Source of the DNA: Phoronis australis
Taxonomy: Eukaryota; Animalia; Phoronida
Assembly: GCA_002633005.1 (NCBI GenBank)
Contig: NMRA01000039.1
Location: forward strand, 569,533-633,532
Direction of reading: 5' to 3'
DNA length: 64,000 bases
The notes below the pieces were generated by a model. That model worked only from the letters and a program-made list of their open reading frames with translations, did no database searches and was not told the DNA's origin. Positions 26,215 through 38,276 of the stretch are shown in pieces (positions within the stretch are counted from its first letter, which is position 1; each line of letters begins with the position of its first letter). Made by a program: the position numbers and the translations under genes.

Positions 26215-26515
26215 CCGTTCTACATGGCCATCTTGCATTGTGTATGCAATGACATTGGTCAAATCAAGTTACAGCAGAATTATCTGATGAGAAATGCTAC
26301 ATAGATTAAATTGGTGTCAATGCAGCATGGCGACAATGGATAAAGCACGCGCTAAGTTCAATTCACTAGCAACCAAGACCATACTTCCGCGCGCAGAATG
26401 CTACATCAAACACTCTGATATCACTCATCGTGCCACATCGCTACTTCATCCAGATGGAGTCCATCTCTCTACCGTAGGCAATGACATCTTCCTCACTTTT
26501 ATAAAAGTGCCTTAG
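26215..26515 (+). mobile_element. SGNH-hydrolase-like remnant of the type carried by Ngaro/DIRS tyrosine-recombinase retrotransposons
   Basis: ILHCVCNDIG (decayed GxND block) and LLHPDGVHLSTVGNDIFL (DGxH block). Confidence 0.6.
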
Positions 26516-27249
26516 CTCAGTTCATCGGTCGCCGTTTCTCAATATTCCAGAAGATACCCGTAGTGTAGGTAAAAATTGTTAGCTTTTAGTTGCTGGCCTA
26601 CTTTTTAAAAACACATTCACTAACTCAGTTATTATACTTGCCATGTTCCGCCTCCCCCCTTGCCCACACTCCCTCTTTCCTTCCACCCGCCCCTGGGTGA
26701 TAGCCTCCTGTGTGGGTTGTAACTGTGGACAGAGCTGATTGTCCACGAACAACATTGCCCATGTGATGATAAACGTGCCTCTAAACCACCTTCTTCATAT
26801 CTTTTTGGACCGTGTACCCACATAACGACAGCATTACTCACTCAGGCTTTCTGCATTGGACAATTTAACATTCTCAGCCTTGACTGGAACCTGTGTATCC
26901 TGTATTGTTACCGATTCTGTGTACTCACATGGTAATGTATATTTGACAGTTTGTGTACACATATGGTATTTGGTATATTTGCCATTTTGCTCGAGTCCAT
27001 TTGAAAGGCAATCGGTAATGACCAACAGGTATCGTGTACCAATTTGGTACACACTTGCAAAGTTTTACTGCAGTTTCGTGGTACTCTGAACCCATCTGGT
27101 ACGTACCACCAGAAATTGCCAGCACACCTCATATAAACTACATCAAATCAAAAAGACACGCTCCTTGACAAACTTATTAGACCGGTAGCCAGTGAGCATA
27201 TCATCCCATCTTGCAGCCATTTTAACGGGTGTGTCGTTAACTGCAAACT

Positions 27250-27530
27250 ACCTGAGATGACTCCTGTTTTCAGGAAGAATGGTAGTCTTAGTAGGAAAAA
27301 TATTGTCCTGTTAGTATTGGAGTATTCTCTCCAAGTTCCTAGAGAAGAGTCTTCACTTCCGACTTCCCGACCACTTAGATAATTTCCTTGCCTCTAGCGT
27401 TTATGGTTTGAAAGCTGGGTAGGCCAACGGCTGCCAACATGTACTTTTACGGCCCCTTGATTACAAGAAAAAGTTGATGGAATTTTAGTGTTATATAATA
27501 TATGGGCTATGCTCATGGATTTCATGAAGA
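27250..27530 (+). mobile_element. CR1/L2-group LINE reverse transcriptase remnant
   Basis: Frameshifted TPVFRKNGS..(YR)PVSI..ILSKFLEK..HL..YGLKAG..CQHVLL..AMLMDF, corresponding to the early RT motifs. Confidence 0.7.
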
Positions 27531-29545
27531 CGTGATGACGACGATGGAGATGATATCCAAAATGACCCCTAGTCTCAAAATAAAATGTTTCTCTCTGCTA
27601 TTTGTAAAGTTACGTTTCATTTTACATTATGGCGGACTGGTCAGCTGAATAAACATATTCTTTAGCAGAATAAGTTTGTCCATATTGTCTTTGTACACGA
27701 ATCTCGGCCACTTTCTTTGCGGCGATTTTGGAGTTTTCGACCATCAGTCAAAGCCTCTGAGAATTCACACGTAACTACTAGTTACTAAAAATAATTCCTA
27801 TACATCACTTTTAGAGTGTGTACAGTTATAATTACTTGGCTAAACCTTTTTCAGTAGTTGTGAAAGGAGTGTAAGACCAAATTTCTGTGTAAGTCTTAAA
27901 TCGCATTTAATGAAGCAAACCCCCTGATCAGCTTTACTTTTATTACATCATTTGGCGGTAACCTTAGAAGTAGCTAAAGTTTCTTCAAAATTAAAAAATG
28001 TGCACCTGTTTGGCATAAAAAGTGCTTATTAGTTAGATTTCATGGGAACTCTTCAGTTTGGAAAGTGTCAGTAAAATCCACCGTGCCGTTTTCGAGAACT
28101 TAATATGTTCCTGAGCTCAAATTAAGTCGATTTGCCGAAGCCAAGAAAAAGCTGATAAAGTTGGGACACGTGAAAGCCTGAAGGTCTTCGGTTGGTTATT
28201 CGGAGAAAAAATCGTTTTCGGCTAATATAACCTATACATGCCTTAACCATGTTCGTTAGATAGTTTCACTAGCACTGTGATCTGAAATTGCATTGCGTAA
28301 TTAATTTAATTATCGCCAACAACGTGATTTTGCTTGTGACATTACCGAAATAACAATAGAAATTGAACTGCCAGAAGTTGGGATAATTCCCTGTGAACTT
28401 GCATAGTGATAACACGACGGTAAGATTTATTTATACTTGCCTCCAGAATCCGGGTGTAACTTGACGAAGGTAATTTTTCGGTCAATTTCGGGACGCCGAT
28501 CAAAAATTATATTACGTTCATAATACCTTCATAGACAACGACAATTTTGCTACTCTTTTCACCATACTCAAAATCTCGATGTTCTTGTGTGGTGATTGAA
28601 CGCATACTATTCAACCAACCTCTGGAATATGCAGATATTTCTTAGAAAGTATTAATTATTTATATCGAATTTTTGTGGCATAAATGTCATACGTGCAAAA
28701 TTTTATCGATGTTTGTCATTGACTTGCATTAATTAATTATTGGCACAGACATGGTTTCTTCCGTATTTTTGCCCGGGATGAATAAGCAAGCAATTATCGA
28801 TTGGAGCACTTGGTATAAAAATAATTCAGCCACATTAACTAACATAGCTGCTGAAGGACCTTTCAATCACATTATCTCCTGATCAATCAAAACGCAGAAG
28901 TCAATCAGTCAAGCCGAGACAAAAATTACAACCATTTCCAGGTGAATTTTGAAAAACAATTTGATTTCAGAAAATAACAACAAACATTGTGATAGTTGAA
29001 TGACCTTTAACTGGGAAATTTGTGTTTCTATCAAATCTTCAAGGGCCATTTCGAATTCAGGATGGAGGTTACGACAGAAGTGCCTCGTGGACTACGCACG
29101 TGAATACTCTGTGAGGCCAATGGAAAGTTAAAATCAAGCAACGCTTAGATAGGGTTTGATGTAGTGCTAGGGTGCACTCTTCCAAGTTTGTCCGTCACGG
29201 GTGTTGGACAAACAATTGCTTCTGGAAACGTGTTAACCATGACTTCTAGGGCAGCGAAACAACAAAGAAACCGAACAATACAAAATCAGTGACAGGATTT
29301 GTAAAATGAAGAGATTAAGATGGTGAGCAATATGTTATTCTCATTAAACAATGCTTCCTATTCCAACCTGCACTGCGCATGGAGGAAGAACATAATCAAC
29401 ATTGTTTGTGTAGGACGTTCTGCTTTGCTTTGGACTACTTGAAATTTGCAATAAAATATAGGCCTAACAATGGCCGATAATGTGTTCCTGTCGATACTGA
29501 ACTAAAAGGTGTCGTTTGGTGCTGTAATCAGCCAGTCACAGAAAT

Positions 29546-31019
29546 TGACCTATCGCCAGGATAATGACTGACGGCTTAACTGACCAATCTAAACGCAGCA
29601 TTCTAGTGACACAGATTCGTCTGCGTTTCTAAGCCGCCATTTTAGCCGACAAACAACGCGATGTAGTGTAAAACTTATTTTAGTCTATAGCTCAAGAAAT
29701 CGTGCGATAAGAATGGTGAAACGGTGTTCATATGGCGTGTGTAATTCCGACAGCCGTTATGCAGCGCGAGAAGAATATCCCGTCATTTTGGGCATCTCTT
29801 AAGCCGAAAAGTGGTGTCGATCGGTGTAAACTATGGCTCAACGGTGTGAACGGCCACACGAGCAGCTGAACTTGGAAACGTTGCTTGATTACTCGAAGGT
29901 TAAACACAAATATTTTTGTTCCAAGATACGCACTTTTCAGTTGTCTATAGTTCAGGCCTATCTGATTTTGTCTCCGGAATTTCACTCGCCTGACTGTCTT
30001 TGTCTCGACCCCTGCTGGATCTCGTCACTAGTCTAGTGGTAGTCACTGGAAATTGTTGTTTTTAAGGACGTTTTTAGTATTTTTCATTTGTTTCGACTCA
30101 ATGAATTACTTTTTGATGAGAGCCTCTCACTTCCCCCGTAGAGTTAGAGAGACCTTATTTTGAATTGTTTTAGTCCACAGAAGGTCCAACGGTCTACATC
30201 CCTGGCGGCCTGGCCCCTGCAACTTTCGGGCCACCTGTGCACATACAATTGCACTTTGCCCAATTCCACGAGGTAACATATGTTGGCCCCCCCTGTTGTA
30301 TCCTAGATCCGCCACTGAATTCCAGACATTAATTTTACTTAGACACAGCCCTAGACCTAACGGAGCCGCTGTTTGGCCAGGACGAGATGAGTGTGTACCT
30401 GAGCTACATGTATGAACCTGAATTTTTTGATCCAAATATTTCGTTACAAGATTAGAAAAGTGTAAACAGTGCTATCGAGTCGACCTAGTCAGACACTATA
30501 GTGCATGTGTTGTCTGTAATCTATGACCTACTTTACTCCAGGAATCCCACCAGTTGTGACCTACTTTTCATTTGGCGAAATTTAGCAGACGACAGAATAA
30601 AAATATCGGTGAATCTTCACTGATTTTATTCGAAACATCATGAAATATATGGAACCGTACAGATAATTCGAGTTTAAGGTACATACCCAGCTTTACATGA
30701 ACATATCGTATCAGTGGCCTTGTCATTTGTCGGGTGAAGGTGGCCCCAAGGCCGAGGGGTTCATCGGATTTTCGCTTATAGCTCCTCGAGCACTTATTTT
30801 TTCATCGTCACCTTTACAAATTCCCATATCATGAACGTACGATTCACTGTTGAAAAGTATCGCCTCTTGTCTCTGTCGACGCGTTTTCAAATAGTACAAA
30901 AACACTCATCGATTCCACCAGGAACGTCGTTTAGCGACAGTTTATTTGCCTCTGACATCTCGTTCGAATGTCGGGTATCACGTGACTTTTCGCATAAGGG
31001 CGGAGCTTGCGATAGGTCA
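29546..31019. mobile_element. Internally deleted ISL2EU-type DNA transposon with THAP remnant
   Basis: AT flanks and perfect TIR TGACCTATCGC / GCGATAGGTCA. Frameshifted THAP from 29713 (MVKRCSYGVCNSDSRY...RCKLWL..CERPHEQLN...KYFCSK). The start of a second, convergent ORF lies on the minus strand near 30720-30960. Confidence 0.72.
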
Positions 31020-32985
31020 ATTCATTGACTTCCTTATTTGAAATGTCACGTGCTTGATAAAATAATGTCAGTTTTCTGCGTCATATATATGCCTTGGTTT
31101 TCACCAGATGAGAGTTCTGCGATAGAGCGTATTACTTACGCATTCAAGAAGGCTTTAACAAACTACGAAAATTTGGCGAATGCACAATTCATTGCTCTAA
31201 CTTAGTAAAATGTCCGCATTCTCGAAAACTCGAGCCCCCCTCACTTTTTAGGACGGATTCATACATGCGTATTGTTTGATTTTTTTCAAATCTTTCTTCG
31301 TTTTATTTCTAGAAAATAAATTGGATGCTTTAAGACGTCAAATTTTTTTCACCAACCGTTCGAATAATATTCATCTAAAGTTCTGGAAACCAAAATTTAC
31401 CTTGTTTTGACAAGCGACTTGATTGTCAGCATCATTATAACCTTCCTTTACAGTATTGCATGCTAAAACCGTGAATTCTCAAAGGCAAAAATAGAACGAA
31501 AACGAAAGTTTGTTAGCTCCACAGACGTGAGTGTAACACTAACGTACCCAGCGCCCGTGTATCACGTCCACCGCGCAAGTTTCTGGTATAAAGTTGTGAC
31601 ATATCTGCGCTTCTTTGATATTCTGCGGGAAAGTGAAAAGATCCACAACGTGCCCAAGTACTGAGTTGTAGTAGCCATCATAAACCCAACGCATGGCCAT
31701 TCCTTGTCATACCATAAACGAGGGGAAAACGAGCAGCAATATCTAGCGACTTTTCACCCTGAGGGCAATGATGGATAACTAATGCAATAGGTTATCCCAA
31801 ATCTCCTATTACGTATCACCCAATAAATGCTCGTAACTCGAGACCAGTTAACTAATATATGGCTAAATAAGGTGTTATAATTTAGCAGTTGATCAACTAG
31901 TGGGTTGATTTTTTGGTATTTTTATATGAAATTGAGGACCGACAGTTTACCAAAACGCGGTAAAACAGTCGCTGTTTTACGACACTGAAAATGTTATAAA
32001 ATATTTGAATGTGACTTTTCAATTAAAAAAACAAATCGTTTGGTTTGATTTTGCTTTGAGTTTTTATGTTGTATTTAATAATAGCGCGCAAGATTGAATT
32101 TCACTATAACGCTGTACTAATCAATAAGCAAGCACAAGTTGCTATAGAGAGAGGTGACGTGATTCAAGCGACAGTGCTATCTTAAATTTAATAAAGAAGC
32201 GTTTTGCCCTACATTCATCACATCAACTGATCCTATTTCACAATCTGAGTATCATAGTATGAGTGCTTTCTAGTGTAAAATGCAGCAGTATGATTGTGAT
32301 AAAAAATTCGAGAAGCCAAAAAGCGAATTCTTTTGTGATAATTGTAGACCTAAAATGGCTCAAAAACGAAATCTCATTTCACAGAAACCATGACGGCATG
32401 AAAATGAAATACAAAAGAAACAGAAATTAACTGCGTAACGTTCTGTGTAGAAGCCAAATGCCCAACGCTAAAACTTTAGGAACTTGAACCTCAACAACAA
32501 ACGTAGAAAATCATTCATTTACAATCTGGAGACTTTTCAGTAACCCATGTAAATTTCACACTTTTGAAAGAAGTTACTTTGTTTAAACGGCTGTAACAGA
32601 AAAAATAATAATTTTGTAACATCCACATCTTCGCAGGTTTGTTGTAGGCAAAGACCAGGATAAAAACGTTAAAATTCAATCATAAAATAAATATTTGTCG
32701 AATCCATACTCCGTGATTTCAAACCGCCGCATTTGACGTATTTTAAATACGTTAAAATGCTATTTATGCTGACTATTAACTTGAACATCAGAAAACGGAG
32801 TGGTTACAAAACTAATAAAACATGAAAAGTGTGGACATCAAAGTGAGATAAATTAGAACCGTAAATTAATCATATTTAAACAACAAAACATCACATGTGA
32901 TTTTAGGAGCCCATGTGAGGCATCGAACCTCTAAAAGTAACATTTGCAATATATCTGAGTATAAATAGGTAATTCTGAAATAGGC

Positions 32986-34347
32986 CTATATACCTTTGCA
33001 GCAGATCTCATTATGCACAATACACAAAATTCGACACTCCGTGAAGAATTTTACACACTCCATAGACATGTACATGTGTACAATTACACTTAACCTTTCG
33101 AACATTTTCCTTGAATCCTCCCTGTATTTATCACTCATTCTATTATTACCTCTCAGTTTGTACACATCACTCAGTTCATTTAACATGACTGCATGGTCCC
33201 AACTGTCGTTGTTACATCCAAGTCGTTCTTTCATTACAAAGACCTTCAAGTAACTGCGCATTGCCATGTCTAAATTTCCTTTTGCGAGATAGAGGGGCCC
33301 AATTTCCCAAAAGAGAATGGCAATATAGGGATAATGACGGTCGTTATGCAATCCCTTATTCATATTTAGCGAGTTTTGGAAGCATTGCAATGCAAAGACG
33401 AGCTTGCACATTTTCCTATTCACAATCCTAATAGAGTGCAAACTTTCAGCAACGTCAGGAAGATCCACATCGCCATATTGCCCTTTTCATCAGATATTGC
33501 AAGGCTAACTCGAGCTTATTCATCTCGCAATACACAAGCCCAAAGTTTTGTAAGATCAGTGCAATGTTAGAGGGGTCACCATTGTCATATATCCTTTTCG
33601 TCATACTCAATGAGTCTTGAGAGTATTGCAGGGCTAACTCGTGCTGATTCGTGGCGCGATACACGCTTCCAAAATCGCCTAAATTTGTAGCAATGTCAGG
33701 ATGATCAACATCACCATATATTCGTTTCATCATGCTTCGTAAATCTTGGTAATATTGCAAGACTAACTCGTAGTTTTCCATACCACCATACACACTTCCA
33801 AAGAGCCCTAACCTCAGTGCAATGTCGGAGTGGTCACCATTATCGTGTATCCTCTTCACCATATTCAATGAGTCTTGAGCGTATTGTAAGACTGACTCAT
33901 GCTTAGTTATGTTGCTATAGACGCCTGCAATACAGCCTAAACCTAAAGCAGGGTGAGGATGATCAACATCACCATATATCCTGTCCAACATATTTTGAGT
34001 CTTGAAAACATTGCAAAGTAATCCCTGGCTTTTTCATCTCGCGATACACACTCCCAATGAGCCTTAAACCCAGTGCAATGTCAGTGTGGTCACCATTGTC
34101 ATATATCCTATTCATCATACTCAATGAGTCTTGAAAATATTCCAAGGCTAACTCGTGCTTTTTCATGTTGCGATACACGATCTCTATATTGCCTAAAATC
34201 GTAGCAATGCCAGGACGATCAACATCACCATATACCCTTTTCATCATACTTTGAGAGTCTTGAAAATATCGCAAGCCTAACTCGAGCTTATTCATCTTGG
34301 AATACACAGTCCCAATCATTTTTACGATCAGTACAATGCCAAAGTGG
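32986..34347 (-). pseudogene. TPR-repeat protein (kinesin-light-chain/nephrocystin-3-like repeat type), frameshifted and 5'-interrupted
   Basis: About ten 43-aa repeats (DIAxxLxxxGxVYxxxxxxExALQYxQDSLxMxKRIY-GDVDHP/DNGDHS) across three ORFs. Frameshifts near 33990 and 33490; cut off at 34348 by an insertion. Confidence 0.85.
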
Positions 34348-34530
34348 CAGTGGCGGATCTACGGGGGGGTTCAGGGGGTTTAAACCCCCCTCGGGCCAGG
34401 ACCCAAAAATTAAAAAAAACAAATGCGTCTCCAGCAAAACTATAACGGCACCGCCAGCGTGTGTACACCCCAAGTAAACCAACTTGGAAAAAATTGAGGG
34501 GGGGTTCACTCTGAAAATATAGTTTTTGCA
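34348..34530 (+). mobile_element. Terminal fragment of a CAGTGGCGGATCTA-type (hAT-like) non-autonomous element
   Basis: Begins exactly where the TPR frame ends, with G/C-run subterminal sequence. The same terminus occurs inverted at ~30303-30317. The partner end was not found. Confidence 0.5.
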
Positions 34531-34786
34531 TTGTGAATTGCTGAGTCTTTGTGGCTCATCGGCAAAACGCGCGGTGATTTATTGTGCGTGCGCTTCCGTC
34601 GACACTTCTGAAGTAGCCAAGCATTTTAGATGGATTCACCGCTCAAAGAGCAGTTCTATAGCTGATTTCTTTAGGTAACTAGCTTCTTTACTCTAAGATA
34701 TATTTTGATTTGATTAAGGGAAATACTGCGGTGGAACAACCCTGATATTCAGGCGAATTGACGTGCAACGTTTTTACCTCATCTGT

Positions 34787-34878
34787 CTATTTATTTAGTT
34801 ATTTATTTATTTACTATTGTGATATTTAAAATGAGGGTGGCCTCTTCAGCGATAGCACTGCTTTCCAAGAGGGCCCTC
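34787..34878 (-). mobile_element. Short LINE/SINE 3'-end fragment with stem-loop and (TAAA)n tail
   Basis: Minus strand reads GAGGGCCCTCTT...AAGAGGCCACCCTC followed by TAAATAAATAAATAACTAAATAAAT. Confidence 0.45.
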
Positions 34879-35304
34879 AAAAGCGTCTCCAGCAAAACAA
34901 AAACGGTACCTCATCTGTCATGCCGTGTCATTCTATTACACTCCACACGTTTGTAACTGATGTATAGTGAAGTTGTCTTGCGCAATAACATACAGTGTAC
35001 ATGTAATATTGTGTACATGTACATGTAATATTTTTGAAAAAAAAATCTTTTTCCGAAGAATTGCTATTGTGGCGGGCGCCGTGGTTTGGTCGCGAGTCCG
35101 TTTGAAGACACACTCTATAACAAGTTATGTCTATACAAGGAATGACAAGGGTGCACTCACATTGAGAAAGTGACCGCATTCGCGAAAAGTGTACAGTACC
35201 AGAAATTGCGGGCAGGCTGTTCTTTCACAACAAAGTCTTGCGGGACTCGTGCGATGTTCAATAGGCCTCCTAAGGAGCCCTAGTTCCGACCACAACACCT
35301 ACCG

Positions 35305-36790
35305 TCTGTTTCTTAGTCAACGTAATAATCCTAATGTACCTACTTCTTTTATTCGCTCTCTTCTTGAACATGTACTTACCATGAATCATTTTACCTTTAA
35401 TAATAATCACTATCTCCAAATATTAGGCACAGCTATGGGAACTAGGGTTGCTCCTACTTTTGCCAACCTTTTTGTGGGAAATCTTGAAAACAGCTTCATC
35501 AAATTCTGTTCTGAAAAACCCCTTCTCTGGCTAAGATACATTGATGACATTTTTATGATATGGACCAATGGTCCACAAAAATTAGATGTATTTTTAGAAG
35601 ATATTAACAAATTTCACTCTACAATAAAGTTCACTCATGACATTTCTCAAAATAAAGTCTCATTTTTAGATGTAACTGTCACTCTTAATAATGATAAACT
35701 AGAAACTGACTTATTCTGTAAAGAAACTGACAAACACCAGTATCTGTCATATCACTCGTGTCATCCCTTTCATTGCAAGAAAAGCCTTCCATATAGCCTT
35801 GCCCTAAGAATTCGACGCATTTGTTCAGAAGAAACTTCCTTTAATAACCGTTTAAAAGAACTCAAGTACTATCTAATTCAACGTCATTTCCCCTTACATC
35901 TCATACACAAACAGTTTGACAAAGTCCGCTCAATTACTCGAAATGAATCTTTAAGAACTAAAACTAAAGGCAATACTACTAATAGAATACCATTCATAAC
36001 TATGTTCAATCCATGTTTAAACGGAATTAGCCACGTCTTCAAAAACATCTTTCTACGCTGCATATTTCCCCTCAAATGAAAAACCTATTTCCTCATCCAC
36101 CTATAATTTCTTGGAGAAAATGTAAAAATCTAAAAAATTATTTAGTTAAAGCTAATATCGACAATATACACCAAACTGACAAACCTATTGGCAACACACA
36201 ATGTAACAAAACTAGGTGTAAAATGTGTAACTTCATCAACGATAGCACTTTTTTCCAGTCTTCCCAAACCAATGAAAACTTTGAAATAAAACATTATTCT
36301 GATTGCACCACCAACAATATTATTTACCTTATAACTTGTAAAAAATGTTCTATCCAATAAGTAGGACAAACTCAACATAATCTACAAACTCGGTTTCGTA
36401 ATCATAGATTTAACATAATACATAAAAACATTTCTGATACTATAGGTAATCATTTCAATTCCAAAAACCATAATATTGAAGATCTTTCTGTACAAATAAT
36501 TGAAAAACTCCAACACCCCAGTACCCCTCACAGACTCAAAAGAGAACAATATTGGATAGACAAACTTAATACAATAGAACCTCATGGATTGAACATAAAA
36601 ACTTCTTAAAATATGTCGTTGAATTTTTTACGCAAAAATGTATCATATTCATTACACCATATCAATTGTCATTTTGTGTTTGATTTTACTTTATTTCTGG
36701 TTTTGTTGATAAAGGAAGTTATTACATCCGAAAATTTCAAATTTCAGTTGATCCATTCTTGTTGTTTTATTTACCGATTTATATTCTAAG
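35305..36790 (+). mobile_element. 5'-truncated Penelope-like retroelement (Neptune-type): RT, Cys-rich linker and GIY-YIG
   Basis: RT motifs GTAMGT and WLRYIDDIF; linker CNKTRCKMC; IIYLITCKKCSIQ*VGQT...REQYWIDKLNTIEPHGLN ending at TAA 36609. One frameshift near 36040 and one stop at 36358-36360. Confidence 0.93.
36701..36742 (+). ncRNA. Hammerhead-like variant motif (U3/A8 core) 3' of the Neptune-type ORF
   Basis: TTTTG-TTGATAA-A-GGAAGT-TATT-ACATCC-GAAA-ATT-TC-AAA, with palindromic AAATTT stem III. It sits at the position expected for a PLE pseudo-LTR hammerhead. Confidence 0.5.
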
Positions 36791-38276
36791 AATGAAAAGT
36801 ATGTCGTCGTTTTGAAAACAATACGCTAGTGTCACGCGCACGCGCCGTTTCCTAAATTTTCGCGATAACTTCGGAGAAGCAAAATTTGTTCTGAAATTCG
36901 GTTTTTCGGAATCGAAATTCTAAAAAATTATAATGACGTAAAACCAGTTCCAATAATTTGTTGTGACGTGTACGCAAGCTCGTGAAAGAATAGCAGTTGA
37001 TTGAATAATCGGCGAAAAAAGAAACTGGCCAATAGGTGACGCAATATTTCATGGCGCCGAAAGCCGTCGCTAAAGATCGCTCCACAACTTTAGCAGCAGA
37101 ATAACGGTAGAACACCATTTTTTCCAACACTGTTAAATAATTTTGTTTACTCAAGGAAGACTTTAGTTTTTAATGACACTAATTTTGTGTCAGATTTTAT
37201 CCTACCAAAAAACGAATTTCAGAAGAAAATTTGCTGCTGCCAAGCTATCATCATCACCCGAGAGATGTCGCAAAAATTTAGGAAATGGAGCGTGCGCGTG
37301 ACACGAGCGTACTGTTTTCAAAACGACGAAATACTGTTCATTGTTAGAAAAGGCGGAGAGTTACACAAGAAAATGACGTTTATTGCATTGTTTTTCACTT
37401 AAACGGCTGTAACGGGAAAGGTGAGTGTCGGTTGACTCCCAGATTTTGCATGCACACCGTCCGGTTTTTAGCTTTACATGTTGATACAAGTTTCACGGCG
37501 CGGTGACGAGCAGAACTACCCAGGCTGTGTGCAATTTCGGGGTCTACGGAAGAAATACACACAGTGGGACCTAGTTGTATTTTGACGACAGTCTTCATAC
37601 AGCTAGCTGGCTGGCGAGGTAACTGAGTGCATTTCTTCCGTAGACCCCGAAATTGCACACAGCCAGGGTAGTTCTGCTCGTCACTGCGCCATGAAACTTG
37701 TGTCAACACGTAAAGCTAAAGACCGGACGGGGTGCATGCAAAATCTGGGAAACAACCGACACTCACCTTGCCCGTTACAGCCGTTTAAGTGAAAAACAAT
37801 GCAATAAACGTCATTTTCTTGCGTAACTCTCCGCCTTTTCTAACAATAAAAAGTATGTCGTCGTTTTGACAACAGTACGCTCGTGTCGCAGGCACGCGCC
37901 ATTTCCTAAATTTTTGTGACATCTCTCGGGAGATGATGGATAGCTTGGCAGCTGCTAAATGTCTTCTGAAATTCGGTTTTTCGGTATCAAAATTCTAAAA
38001 ACTTATAATGAAGTGAAAGCAGTTCCAATAATTTCTTGTGACGTGTACGCAAGCTCGTGAAAGAACAACAGTTGATTTGAAGATTCGGCGAAAAAAGAAA
38101 GTGACCAATAGGTGACGCAATATTTCATGGCGCCGAAAGCCGTCGCTAGAGATCGCTCCACAACTTTAGCAGCAGAATAACGGAAGAACGCCATTTTTTT
38201 CCAACACCGTTAAATAATTTTACTTACTCAAGGAATACTGCAGTTTTAATGACATTTATTTTTTGTCACATTTTAT
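36790..38276. repeat. Foldback-like composite repeat: ~360-bp inverted arms plus a ~420-bp direct duplication
   Basis: 37207-37565 is the diverged reverse complement of 37622-37982. 36790-37200 is repeated directly at ~37844-38276. A more diverged single arm occurs at ~55095-55425. Confidence 0.9.

Noticed and set aside
35189-35304. N-terminus of the 296-aa RT ORF
   Set aside because: GTG start in unrelated flanking sequence. PLE similarity and the compositional shift begin only near 35305, consistent with 5' truncation.
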